DNA of 64,000 nt, from the NCBI GenBank assembly GCA_051294375.1, contig CM119264.1, forward strand, positions 5,749,621 through 5,813,620, written 5' to 3'. A program made the translations under genes and the position numbers. The notes under the pieces are model-generated. The model made no database searches and was not told the DNA's origin. It worked only from the letters and a program-made list of their open reading frames with translations. The stretch comes from Paraspadella gotoi. Lineage: Eukaryota; Animalia; Chaetognatha. Below, piece after piece: positions 14,201 to 27,751 of the stretch (positions are counted from its first letter, which is position 1; each line of letters begins with the position of its first letter).

Positions 14201-16250
14201 GTTTGGCGCATATTCACCCTGCGCGTTCCTTTTAGCTAGTCCATCAATCCAAAAATATTGCTCTTCTTTTCTTGCTATTTCAAGTTCTGCAACCATTTCT
14301 CTCTTTTGTCTGATCTCTTCTCTTTCCTGTCATCCCACACGTCTACCTGTCTCGCTTTCCTTCCTTTTGCTAAGCTCCTGATTGTCTCACTCAGCTGGTA
14401 TGCTCCATATAACTCGTCTAACTTGTCTCAGTGCATGCACTCGTGCATCTTTTAATCCTCTGTAGCATCGCCACTTATCATCTACGATCTGCGTTGGAGT
14501 ACATATGAGACAATCGAACGTCGTGATATCAGAACAGAACCATATACTCACCTGCAATCAAACCTCTACAAAAAATCGCGATCAGTCCTTCATTCTCTTA
14601 TCTGTTCTCTGCTAGATCCTCGGTATTTATTTTGCACACTGGTAGCCGCAGAGAGAAGACAGAACTTTCAATAAGAGGCACAGAGCGAGGAGGGTCTATG
14701 CAGACAATGCTGGAAGAGATGTAGATGGAGAGTCGGAGGATTTAGCTGAAAAGTGTAGTGCGAAAGCCGCGACAGACTGTGTGTGCGTGTGGCTTGGTTC
14801 AAGTGCTTGTAGAGGAGCGAGCAAAGCAGAGAGAGAGTAGTAGAGACGAGGACCAGAGAAGAGAAGAGAGAGAGAGGAGACGAGGAGAAGCAGAAGGAGA
14901 GGAGAGAGAGGAGAAAGAGAGTATAGAAGACGGAAGGAGGGAAGAGGGAACAGAAAATAGATTGTAAAGCCTGACGAAGGAGCTTGTGAGCGCGTAGTAC
15001 CGAAAGACTAATCTTACTATGTATGAGCATGATGTCAGAACATTCTATTGATCTTTGCTAGTGGGGGCTCTTTAAGGTCACTGACGTCTACTGTGTTCTC
15101 CTCTTTCTCCTAATTATATATCCTCGTCTACTCGCTAAGGCATAACTTCTCGATGTCGTAGTTTCTTAAGTCATTATTCTCAATCTATTACAAAAAAACA
15201 ACACAAAATGTTTTAAACTGACTAAAACTTATGTAACTCAATGCTGTCATCGAGGGTCAGAACTTTGCAAGGAAAGGTGAAAGTGCGAGAGCTATATGAA
15301 CCATCATGAACTATGATATCTATTACGAGGATCGGTTGAGATTAGATCGACAGTTCGAAGCATGCGTTGAAAGCGGCATGCTTTTTAGAGCATGATAAGC
15401 GCGAGAAGCTGAAAATAAGGTCTCTTGGTCATACGTACATGAGATGGCAGATGGGTTAAAGGATTGAGAAATATTAGCGTGCAATTCTGAAGATTAATAG
15501 CATGCGAATCGATGAGAATCTATATCTCAGGAGTCATACTACTGCCGAGACAGTTCCTGTTCTGGTAAAGGACAGGATCAGTTATTAGGCTGTAATTTAT
15601 GCGGATCCAGATCTTCCTTGCGGGTTTATGGTATTGTTAGGTCGTGAGAATCATAAGGCAATGGCAGCCTACTCACGCACACGGACGATATGACGCAGTG
15701 ATATTCTCATCCTCTTGCCACCCTTCTCCACGACCATATACGACTCGTGCCTTCGGGTGCGGTGGGCACGAATCGTCTCCTTCTCTCAGCATGATGTGTC
15801 TTCTCTCGGTCCCATCTCCTTCGTTACGATCTATCATCCGGTATAGCCTCTCCCACTTCTCTCCTTTCCCCTCACATTTCTCTCTCTCCGCCAGAAACTA
15901 CGAAAAAGGCGCTGCAGACTAGAGATCTTCGCCGCTCAGAGGTGAGGCATGAGCAAGTACGATCTCGTAGCTACAGAGAGGATCACTGCAGATACTCTAT
16001 CGAGATCGTCATCGTACGTATGGCTCTCTCTCCTTGTCGGTGCAGACTCTGAAAAGATATCGTTAATAATAATGCGAAGCGGTGTCGGCTCGCCGCTGAG
16101 GCGGCGTCGGCTGCAGCGCCGTGAAAGGGGAATTAAAAACGGCGTGAGAACGTCCCTCGCCGCCAAAGGCAGCCGCCGCCCGCCGCCGCCGCCGCCGTTC
16201 AGTTTTCATATCCTTTTCATCGCCATTTTTCTTCGTCGTCTTTTGTGACG
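11290..16250. other. Indel-rich mosaic copy of neighbouring sequence (probable gap-fill artefact)
   Basis: 11460-11600 is the reverse complement of ~8490-8620; 12270-12410 of ~7790-7920; 15190-15240 of ~6650-6695. 12620-13440 is a direct copy of ~9740-10340. All carry dense scattered 1-3 nt indels. Confidence 0.75.
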
Positions 16251-16583
16251 TCGACGTCGAAGTTCTAAAATTCCGTTGGAGGGCGGAAGTCGTTGCGTCG
16301 GTTTTAGGAAGAGGGGGGCGGTAGTGCAGCGTGGCGGTGAAAGCTGGGGGTGGCGAAAAAGAAGCATAGGGTGGCGCGGGTGATCAAGTAATAGCTCAAC
16401 ATGAGAAGAGAACATTTATTTCAAGTATTATGAATTTTTCATTGGCTTCTCCAATCTCCAATCTCGTTGCGAGGCGCATTTGAACTCCACTCGTAAAATC
16501 CCTTACCCCGATCACAACCGCCTTCCCTTCCTCACTTTTTCGACTTTCTTCGTTCTCGAGGCGGATTTAACCTCACTTCTTTT

Positions 16584-16847
16584 CTTGTCACGTCAAGCCT
16601 GATTTTGAGACATCAGGCCAAGACCTTCTTTCGACAGGCCTGGTGATGACAGGCTCCAAATAATGATGTGAATTGAAGTTTGATTATTTTCAATCTGACC
16701 GCTTGATTCGATTTTAATGATTGTAACTTCACCTGTCGATCTCGTGGTGCCTGGGTGGTTTTTCACACGCCTGATCACCGCCACGTGACGCCAGGCCTCG
16801 TCTTGTGATCTTGGGCCTGACGATTTTCAGTCAGATGGCGTGACAGG
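16584..16847. mobile_element. Degenerate palindromic MITE-like element
   Basis: Left arm cttgtcacgtca..catcaggccaagacc..aggcctggtg matches the reverse complement of the right arm cgccaggcct..tcttgggcctgacg..ggcgtgacagg. Confidence 0.5.
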
Positions 16848-18603
16848 TCACGTGATTGAACGTGTCGACGGGCGACGTTTTCGCTCGTCCCCTCATTTCA
16901 CGCCTCGACTCTTTTTATGCCGTCTGAGCAAACTGGCCGGCGTTTGCCAGTAAAGCAAGCCAGTCAGCCGGTGCAATTTGCGTTGGATATTCCTTAGTAG
17001 TCTGTTTCAATTCTGTTATCAAAATACTATAGTAATACTTCATTTAGTTAACCTATGTTTCGATCTATTTTGGTGTCTACAAAACCGATCGCTCGTTAGA
17101 CTTTTATTGTATTTATTTAAATCAAATTGCTATGGAATCAATGAATAATTCATACATACAAACTGGCCTATCCATATCCCAATCAAAAACCTCTCCGCTC
17201 GCTAAAAGTATAGCGATGTGTAAGCGTCATCTCGTTCCATCGGAGGAATCTTCGAATTTCACGGACGAAATCACGAATGCAACGCTGACGTCGGGCATTC
17301 ACATTTCACAGACGCCGCATATCCGCTGTGAAATCTTTCGTTCGCGAATCTTAAGAGCAAAATTCTTTTTTTAGTACTTATTCTCTTCGCCTTCTTTTAT
17401 TTTTCTACTCTTCGTAAATCCGACTTATGCGGTTGTTCTCTTCATACGTGAGTCCAACCAACTATGGATTTTGCGATTTAAATAGTTTTTCAATTTTAAT
17501 ATATTATGTTTAGTGTTTCTTGGAGAAGGATCAGGTTAGGTCGGGATAAGGAAGCGTGTGGCGAATCATAGAGTGGGGGGGTCAGCGGTTTTTTGTTGAA
17601 AGGTGCAATTCTAGAGTCAGGGATATACGTTGCGTGGTTAGGAGTTGCAATTGCGGGTTTAAAAATTTCATATCAAGTCTAATGAGATTAGATTTAAATG
17701 ACATATTTCATTGATTAAGGAACAAAATTGATGAAAATTAATTTCCACTTTTCTTTCCGCTCAACTTCTTTTTTTTTTCTCTTTTCTCTCTCATGTCGGA
17801 TTAATAACATTTTTTCCTTCATTTTTTTCTCCTTTCTTCCTCTCTTTTTTCTTCTTCTCTTTCTCTCATTTCCTCTCTCTTCCTCTCTTTTCTTCTCTCT
17901 TCTTCTCTCTTTCCTCTCTTTCTCCTCTCTCCTTCCTTTCTCTTCCTCTCTTTTTCTTCTCTTCCTTTCTTTTCCTCTCTCTTCCTCTCTCCTCCCCCTC
18001 TTCCCTCTTTTTCCCTCTCTTCCTCTCTCTTCCTGTCTCTATCTCTCTCCTCCTCTCTCTTCCTTTCTTTTCCTCTCTCTTCTTCTCTCTTCTTCTCTTC
18101 ACTTTTCATCCTCAACTTACCTTCTTCTCACCATCCTTCCATTTCTAAACGCCCTACTCCCCCCCCCCCCCACGTCTAAAGCCTCTCGCAAAAAAAAACC
18201 TCATAAATCATTAGCTAAATGTGAAAATGCGAAATACGTGAAAATCCGGCATCGTAACCATTGGCGCCTCCTTTTGTTTGTTCCTCTTGTTTTTTTTTCT
18301 TTTTCTTTTTTTTTTTTAATTATTCTCTTTTTTTTTCTGTTTCGAATCGAGTTTTAAAATTTTTCCAAGGCGCGATATTTTGTTGAGTCTCTCCATCATT
18401 TCGAATTGACGCCATCTGCGATTTCTAATTTCCCATCGCTAATGACAGATATGAAATTTGCGATCAACGGCCACATCATCATCGATTTTTTAATCTTTAA
18501 TATGCAATCACCAAGCTCTCTAATAGCTTCCAGCATTTTTTCCCCTTTTTTGATCGCAGCATGAAACACAAATTATTTTTTTAACGAAGTTATTTTTATC
18601 AAT

Positions 18604-18605
<2 letters not shown>

Positions 18606-18680
<75 letters not shown>

Positions 18681-18698
18681 TCTCTCTCTCTCTCTCTC
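18606..18698. repeat. (CT)n microsatellite
   Basis: Long nearly pure CT run; one of many such tracts in the first 35 kb (e.g. 985-1035, 6418-6581, 7612-7717, 9402-9503, 24823-24915, 30145-30234, 34073-34160). Confidence 0.95.
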
Positions 18699-19379
18699 AC
18701 TCCAATCCATACTGTCACACATATCGCATCAATTACAAAGGAAAGATAGTTCTGCCCTTTTCCTTACAACAACTTCAGCTTTTTTCCGATGAAACTTTGT
18801 ATCTTTTTTTCCCGATATATTTGGTTTGCGTTTTTTTGTACCAGCGGCGGGATTTGCTTGAAGAGGGTCCTTCTTGCAAGCTTTAAACCGAATAGCTTGG
18901 TAGAAGGTTCGACGGGAGTAATACTTACTAATTGTTTTGCTTTATAAAAAATATAACTAATACGACCAAACCATAAAAGCTAGCAGGATGAACGCCAGGT
19001 TTTTCTGCAATTCAGTCAGCGACCAACTCTGTGACATCAAAGTCGTGATTTTCAACAGCATAAAAAACACGTCCACATTTGACATTTAACAAGAGAAATT
19101 TGAACTCAACGAGCAAATGGAACTAATATTACTATTGTCATTACAATCGAATTTTCTTACGGGAAAAGACTCGCGACACGACAACAAAAATAGGGAAAAG
19201 TCAATCGGAAGAAGGTTTGTGTTTCAAGAGACGAGTAACAAACGATCTCGAAAAAAAAATATTTAAAGGAAAAAGAAAAAGAAAAAAGAAAAGAAAAAGA
19301 AAAAAGAAAATGAATCGCGGAAAACGAGATTAAATGGTGAGGTGAGGTGAGAGAAAGATGACGACGAAGAATAAGAAAA

Positions 19380-22092
19380 AGATTTGGTTGGGAAAGAAGA
19401 TGATAACGAAGAATAAGAAAAATATTTGGTGGGGAAAAAGATGATGACGAAGAATATGAAAAGAAGGGTGAGAAAAAGAAGAGGAGTGACCATTGGACTA
19501 AAAAACGCGAGAAAATGAACTTACAAGGATTAGCTGAGGAAGAGAACATTTTTATTTACTACGATATATTAAACACAAATAATAAAACTTCGTCACCTTC
19601 CAATTTAATTTCGCTCGCTAAAACTCTTCCAGCAAATCCTTTTTCAGTTGTATAGTAGCAAATACTTTTCATAATCTCAAAAACAGTATTGATATCAATT
19701 ATGACCATAAAAAAAGATATATGCATATATTTATGAAATAGGTTCAGTGTGGGCCCATTTTTTAGGTGTCATCTGTAGGGCTGAGTTTGTTTAAAATACG
19801 ATATATGGAAATTTGAAATAGTCTAAACCAACTAAAATCGTGGTTCATTAAAAAAATAATTAATTAAAAATAGATGGATGCTAAATATGAAGATTACCCA
19901 AAAAGGAAACGACGATGGTGAAGAATAGAAAAATCGAATTTAAGAAGATGATGTTTAAAAAAAAAAGAAAATGAAAAATGAAGAAATCGATTAAAGAATC
20001 AAGAAAATGAAAAACCAGAAGAAAATTTCAAAGTCAACGAAGGAAAGGAAATCTGGAGAGATGATGGAGCTGTTCTTCCTCTTGTTGTTGCTGATGATGT
20101 TTTTGTTGTTGCTGTTATTGTTTTTTCGTTGTTGTTGCTGTTATTGTTGGTCGAATCCCGCTAGATGAAAAACATTAAATATCCGTTTTCTATGGAAATG
20201 ACGAAGAACCGCGGATAGAGTAAGAAAAAAAATCGAAAGAAGAAAATGATTAGAACCGGAACTTGGAGTTTCTTCTGGCGCTCTCTCTCTCTCTCTCCGT
20301 CACTATGTCTCTCTGTCTCTCTCTCTCTCTATGCTTTTTCACTCACTTTATCATTACCTTTCTTTTTTCATTTTTCTATTTTTCTTTGTTAAATTCTCAG
20401 TTTTTTTCTTTCTTTCTCCCTCCTTTCGTTTCCCTTTTCTTTACTTCATAACCTCACTCACGTCTAGCCCCCATCTCTACCCCATCTCTTCACCATCTCT
20501 TCACCATATCTACCCTATCTCTTCCCCATCTCTTACCCATCACTTCCCCATCTCTTCCNNNNNNNNNNNNNNNNNNNNNNNNNCACCCAAGAGAGAGATT
20601 CGGTCCGGAAATATCGCGACGAGGTGACGTGACGGTGGAAGAGGTTCACTGATTATTAATTGGAAATCTTATTGTCGTTGTTGTCGTTGATGTGATTTGG
20701 TGACTGTGACAAGGGGTCTGTATTGTACCAAGTTAGTTTTTAAGTTTCGAAAATTAACGTTAGTTTAGGATTACGTAACGGATTATTGGTTAAGGATTAG
20801 GAATAGGTTAGTGATTAGATATTGCAAGTTAAGAGATTAGGATTAATGGACTCGAGTTTATGGATTAGGTTACGGTTTCAATAATCGATTAGGACTAATG
20901 TAATTGAGCTGCTTTCCGGAAAAGATGACCATAATCTATTTGAACCGTTTTCTCTTTTAACAAAAAAAAAATGGGGTTTAAATAAGTTAAAATTAAGTAA
21001 AAAAAAAAACAACAAAGGAAAAAAAACAAATTGTTTTGTTTTCCTCTTCTGGGGCCAAAAAAACAAAAAAACAAAGACTCCGTTTCGTTGCGCGAACGAG
21101 AGAAAGACGCGTTTTCCCATTTCACGGCGCGCCCATGGAGTCACGTGATTTCACCGGTACTGCTCTCTCTCTCTCTTTCTCTCTCTCTCTGCTCTTCCTC
21201 CTTCCTCTTTCTGGATTCGCTCATCTTGCCCTGAGGTTTTTCGTCGGTCCGCCTCACACGTCGCCTCCTCGCGGCTTCTTACTTTTTTGAAAAAGAGAGA
21301 GAGATGGGGGAAGATTGGGGATAGAAGATGAGGTAGAGATGGGAGAGATAGGAAAATGGGGGAAGTGATGGTAGAGATTGGGGCAGAGATGGGGAAGAGA
21401 TGGGGGTACAGAGATGGAATAGAGATGGGGAAGAGATTGGGCCTTCTCTCGTTCGCGCAACGAAACGGGTTTGTTTTTTTGTTTTTTTGGGCCGCAGGAA
21501 GAGAAAACAAAACAATTTGTTTTGTTTTCCTTTTGTGTTTTTTTTTTTACTTAATTTTAACTTTGATTTAAAACCCCATTTTTTTTTGTTAAAAAGAGAA
21601 AACGGTTCAAATAGATTATTGGGGTCATCTTTTCCGAAAGCAGCTCAATACTTAGTCCTAATCTATTATGAAACGCGTAACCTAATCCATAAACTCGAGT
21701 CCATAATCCTAATCTCTAACTGCAATATCTAATCACTAACCTATTTCCCTAATCCTTAACCCAATAATCCTTTACTAATCCTAAACTAACTTAATTTTCA
21801 AACTTAAAAACTAACTTGGTACATACAGACCCCCTTGTCACAGTCACCAAATCACATTCAACGACAACAACGACAATAAGATTTTCAATTAATTATCAGT
21901 GAACCTCTTCACCGTCACGTCACCTCGTCGCGATATTTCCGACCGAAAAGATCTTCGGCTTCACCATCGCCTTTCACGTCATTCATCACAAAAGGTTTGT
22001 TTGTGAAAAGTATCAACATCGTTTATCACATCTCGTTCCACTTTTCACTTCGGTTCCATTTTTTCCGTTTCACTTTCGATGCTCGAAACGGA

Positions 22093-22129
<37 letters not shown>

Positions 22130-24821
22130 NNNNNNNNNNNNNNNNNNNNNNNNNNNNNNNNNNNNNNNNNNNNNNNNNNNNNNNNNNNNNNNNNNNNNNN
22201 NNNNNNNNNNNNNNNNNNNNNNNNNNNNNNNNNNNNNNNNNNNNNNNNNNNNNNNNNNNNNNNNNNNNNNNNNNNNNNNNNNNNNNNNNNNNNNNNNCAT
22301 TTAATTTGCTCAATATAGTTTTTACAATCCCCGTTTCCTTTTCTTGCTTTTCACTTTTCCTTTTTCCTTTCTCTCGCTTTTTCTTTTTAATTTCGCTGCT
22401 CGCCTTCTATTATCCCGACACCTGCTGCCCGACACAAGACCCGACAAAAAAGTCAATTCTCGACCGACAAAAACCTAGGACCAACCCAAGACGGACGGAC
22501 ATCCAGACAGAACTAAGTGAGAAAAGGCGATAACTAAAGGTTATATTGATTATACTTTTTCGACGTAGTAGGCGGTAGCGGTAGAGGCGGCGGCAACGGC
22601 GGAGGCGGCGCGGCGGAGAGAGGTATAGAGAGAGATAAGATTTTGGTTGGGAAACACAGATGATAACGAAGATAGAAAAATTTGGTGGGAAAAGATGATG
22701 ACGAAAAGAGATATGAAGCAAGAAGGTGGAAAAGAAGAGGAGTGACATTGGAGCTAAAAAACGCGAGAAAATGAACTTACAAGAGATTATGCTGAGAGAG
22801 ACATTTTTAATTTCTACGATATAATTAAAACACAAATAATAAAACTCGTCACCTTTCCAATTTAATTTCGCTCGCTAAAACTCTTCACAAATCCTTTTTC
22901 CAGTTACTAGTAGCAAAATACTTTCATAATTCAAAACAGTATTGATATCATATGACAAAAAAAAGATATATGCATATATTTATGAAATAGGTTCGTGGTG
23001 GGCCATTTTTTAGGTGTCTCTGTAGGGCGAGTTTTGGTTTAAATACGAATATATGAAATTTGAAATAGTCTATAACCAACTGAAAATCGTGGTTCATATA
23101 AAAAAAAAATTAATTAAAAAATAGATGGATGCTAAATATGAAGATTACAAAACCGGAAAGACGATGGTGACCAGAATAGAAAAATCGAATTTAAGAAGAT
23201 GATGTGTTAAAAAAAGAAAATGAAAATGAAGAAATCGATTAAAAGAATCAAGTAAAAATGAAAAACCAGAGAAATTTCAAAGTCAACGAAGGAAAGGAAA
23301 TCTGGAGAGATGATGGAGCTGTTCTTCCTCTGTTGTTGCTGATGATGTTTTTGTTGTTAGTGTTATTGTTTTTTCGTTGTTGTTGCTGTTATTGTTGTCG
23401 AATCCCGCTAGATGAAAAACATTAAATATCGCGTTTCTATGGAAATGACGAAGAACCGCGGATAGAGTAAGAAAAAAAATCGAAAAAGAAGAAAATGATT
23501 AGAACCGGAACTTGGAGGTTTCTTCTGGCGCTCTCTCTCTCTCTCTCCGTCACTATTGTCTCTCTGTCCTCTCTCTCTCTCTATGCTTTTCACTCACATT
23601 TTCATTACCATTTTTTTTTTTTTTTCATTTTTCTTTCTTTTTCATTTTGCTATTCTTTCTTTGTTAAATCTCCAGGATTTTTTTCTTTCGTTTCTCCCTG
23701 ACCTTTATCGTTTCTTTTCTTTACTTCATAAACCTCACTGAGTCTACTCTACCCATCGTCTTCACCATCTCAATTCACCCATAATCTTAACCTATCTCTT
23801 CCCCATCTCTTACCGCATCACTTCCCCAACTCTTTCCCAACTCTTCCCCATCTCTATTCCATCTCTACCCCATCTCTTCCCATCTCTGCCCCATCTCTTA
23901 CCCATCCTTCCCCATTTTCCCTATCTCTTTCCCATCTCTACCTCATCTCTATCCCCAACTCTTCCCCCCATCTCTATCTTTTTTCAAAAAGTTAGAAGCC
24001 GCGAGGAGGGACGTGAGGCGACCGACGAAAAATCCTCAGGGCAAATGAAGCGAAATCCAGAAAGAGGAGGAGGAAGAGCAGAGAAGAGAGAAGAGAGAGA
24101 GAGAGCAGACCGTGAAATCAACGTGACTCCATGGGGCGCGCGGTGAAATGGGAACGCGTCTCTCTCGTTCGCGCAACGAACGGTTTGTTTTTTGTTTTTT
24201 TGGCGAGGAAGAGAAAACAAACAATTTGTTTTGTTTCCTTTGTGTTTTTTTTTTTTATTAATTTTAACTTTTGATTAAAACCCAATTTTTTTTTGTTACA
24301 AAAGAGAAACGGTTCAAATAGATTATGGGGTCATCTTTTCCGAAAGCAGCTCAATCTTAGTCCTAATCTATTATGAAACGCGTAATCCTAATACCATAAA
24401 CTCGAGATCCATAATCCTAATCTCTAACTGGCAATATCTAATCACTAACCTATTTCCCCTAATCCTTAAACCCAATAATCTTACTAATTCTACTAACTTA
24501 ATTTTTCAAACTAAAAACTAACTTGGTACATACAGACCCCCCCGACCCCCCCCCCATTGTCACAGTCACCAAATCAACATTCACGACAACAACGACAATA
24601 ATTTTCAACTTAATTATCAGTGGAACCTCTTACACCGTCACGTCACTCGTCGCGAATATTTCCGACGCGAAAAGATCTTCGGGCTTCCCATGCGCCTTTC
24701 ACGTCATTCATCACAAAAGGTTGTTTGGAAAAGTATCAACATCGTTTATCACATCTCGTTCCCACCTTTTCACTTCGGTTCCATTTTTTCCGTTTCACTT
24801 TCGATGCTCGAAAACGGAGTT

Positions 24822-24917
<96 letters not shown>

Positions 24918-25310
24918 GTCTTCTCTTCCACCTCACACAAGTCATACCTTTTTTTCTCACTCCACAACACATAATTTTGCTCAATATAGTTTTTTATTTA
25001 CAATCCCCGTTTCCTTTTCTTTGGCTTTTCCAACTTTTCCTTTTTCCTTTCTCTCGCTTTTTCCTTTAATTTCGCCTGCTCGCCTTCTATTATCCCGAAC
25101 ACCTCCTGGCCCGACACAAGAACCCGAAAAAAGCTAATGCTCGGAACCCGACAAAAAACCTAGGACCAACCCAAGACGGGAGGACATGCAACATAAAGAA
25201 CTAAGTGGAGAAAAGGCGATACTAAAGGTTTATATTGATTATACTTTTTCGACGTAGTAGGCCGGTAGCGTAGAGGCGGGCGGCAACGGCGGAGGCGGCG
25301 CGGCAGGCGG
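19380..25310. repeat. ~2.7-kb segmental duplication with an internal inverted block
   Basis: 19380-20558 matches 22640-23830. 20600-21440 is the reverse complement of 23830-24670. 21445-22615 matches 24160-25300. Confidence 0.85.
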
Positions 25311-25612
25311 CGGAGGGAAGCGGCAGCGGCGCCTGTCATTGCTTCGCTCAATCGCGGAAATTACGCCAGGAAATTAAAAAGGCAGCAGTGAATTTTTCAA
25401 AATCTCTCTTTCTCTCTCTCTCTCGTCTCTTCTCTCTCTCTCTCTCTCGTCTCTCTCTCTCTCTCTCTCTCTCTGTAACGGGTGCCTGGTCGGCAAGGGT
25501 AGCGTAATGTTGACGTCGCAACGAGTAAGAGATAACGAAGAACCTTGAGGATAACGCAAACAATTTCAAAGAGATAAATTCAAGTATAACTCAACCACGT
25601 GACGATAAAAGA

Positions 25613-25655
<43 letters not shown>

Positions 25656-26469
25656 CTCTCTCTCTCTCTGTCTTCTCTCCCTCTCTCTCTCTCCTTCTCT
25701 CTCTCTTTGAGGACAAATCCATCAATCACGGATATGAAAGTTTAGAAGAAAAAATGAGGAGGACGAAGACACGCGACGACGGACGACGACGACGACGACG
25801 ACGTCAACCTTGATGAGATGAAAGGCGTTCTACGCTCGCCTCCTCATCGTAGCGAATAGGAAAGGGGGAGTGGAAAGTCGGTGAGACGGTCGAAAGGGAA
25901 GGGGCAGTGTCTACGAAACGCTTTCTTAAAACCATTGATTCTAACCTGTAAAATTACTTACTTTTTAAAAGTGTCTCGTTTATTCTTATCTGTCATTCTT
26001 GATTTTGAAAATCGTTGGAATAGTTATCCTCTTCTATCATTAAGCACAACGCGCTGTTGCTTATTCAATACCTTCAAAATTCGATGACAAAAGTTCTTTC
26101 AAGAGTTTTTGAACTAATTGAGTTAAAAATCTAATTTCAACTAATGATTACGAATCTACGTAAACTATTGGTTTTTAAAAAAATGGAAAGTTTAAGCTTT
26201 TTGCGAAGAAGAAATGGAGCGTAGACACGCACGTCTTAGTTATTATTTTTTTTTATTTATATTATTATTCATTTTTCTTTCTCTCTCTCTCGTCATCCTC
26301 TCTCTTCCTCCTCTCTCTCTCTTTCTTTCTTTGTCTTTCGTTCTTTCTTTCTCTCTTTTTCTTCTCCTCTTGTCTTTCTCTCTTCTCTCCTTCTTTCTTT
26401 CTTTCTCACCTTTTTTTCTCTTTTCCCTCTTTTTCATCTCTCACTCTCTTTTCTACCCCACCCTGTAGT

Positions 26470-26522
26470 GAAGTTCGGGACCTTGTGTGCAACGGACTTT
26501 AAACTGTCGCGGCATCGTCTTC
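26470..26522 (+). mobile_element. 3' fragment of the SINE seen at 140-304
   Basis: GAAGTTCGGGACCTTGTGTGCAA...TAAACTG.TCGCGGCATCGTCTTC is shared with 251-304. Confidence 0.6.
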
Positions 26523-27579
26523 ACAACTTCTCTTTCGCTCTCTCTTTTTTGGTTTCTTCTCTCTTCTTTCTCTCTTTCTTCGCTCGAGTCTTTTCTTTCT
26601 CGCTCTTTCTTTCTCTTTTTTTTTGCATTTCTTTCATCTATATCGCAATGTTCTTTCTGAAGAGAAACTCGCAAATCAAAAAAGATCATATTTTTTTTTT
26701 CTCTCGGTCCGTTTCAATGCCGGTCATTTTAAGAATTTTAATCATATTATAGAAGCATTTATTGAATGAATGTCTCGTTTCGATGAAATGGCGTGCGAAG
26801 TGGAAATGAGTTAAAGGGAAAAAAAAATTATTTCACTATTTTGAGCCCAATTACTTCATAAGTGGAATGGGGGAGAATTGAAACATTGAAATTTTGTAAT
26901 GCGTGTAAGGAAAGTGTGTGATAAGTAGAAAATCAAGTTTCGATGGAATCGGCTGAGTGGAAATGATTAATGAACAAAAAAACAAAAAACCTGTTTTAAA
27001 CTAATTGATTATGCTTCTTTTTATTTATATTAAAAGTAAAATGCAAGATGATGTATTAATTAATCAAAAATTAACAAAGTTAATTAATCAATTAAATAAA
27101 TAATTAATTAATCGGTCAATAATCAAATATATTTTTCAATCATCAATTTATTTAGTTATCTATCAATTAATTATTGCAAACAATCAATTTATTTAATTAA
27201 TTAATTAATTAGTTAATCAATCAAGTCCAATCTTACGGGCATTATTGTTGTCGTCGCCATCATCCATCGTCCGTTGCTTGTCTGGTGTCAGTGACGAAAA
27301 AGACCTAAAAACAAACATTTCGGATCAAATATTATTTATTAATTACAATTAGGTTTTAATTTATATAGTTTGTATTAATTAATATTAATTAATTACCGCT
27401 ACATGATCGTGAGTCAGATCCGACATTGTTTGCTCAAACCTTGTTCTTTCTTTCTTTCCTTTCTTTCCCTCTCTTCCTTTATTCCTTTCTTTCTTTCTTT
27501 CTTTCTCCTCTCTTTTTTTCTGTTCTTTATTTCTTTAATTCTATATTGTGGTATTCTTTTCGTTTCGTTGTGTTTGGTA

Positions 27580-27751
27580 TTTAGCGAAAACAAGTTTAGA
27601 TTTGTATACAACAATTTTATTTAATAGAAACAAGACAATGTTTCGAACTCTTGTTTCGAGTCTTCAAAAAACACTGATGAGTCGAAACATGTCCCTTTTG
27701 TCTAATTAAATAAAATCGTTGTAGTACAATCTAAATTTTTGTTTCGCTAAA
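27580..27751. mobile_element. Inverted-repeat element with hammerhead-like cores (Penelope-like element remnant)
   Basis: ~70-bp imperfect inverted arms. + strand has CTGATGAG-TC-GAAACATGTC (27674-27693); - strand has TTGAAGA-CTCGAAACAAGAGTTC-GAAACATTGTC. Confidence 0.5.
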
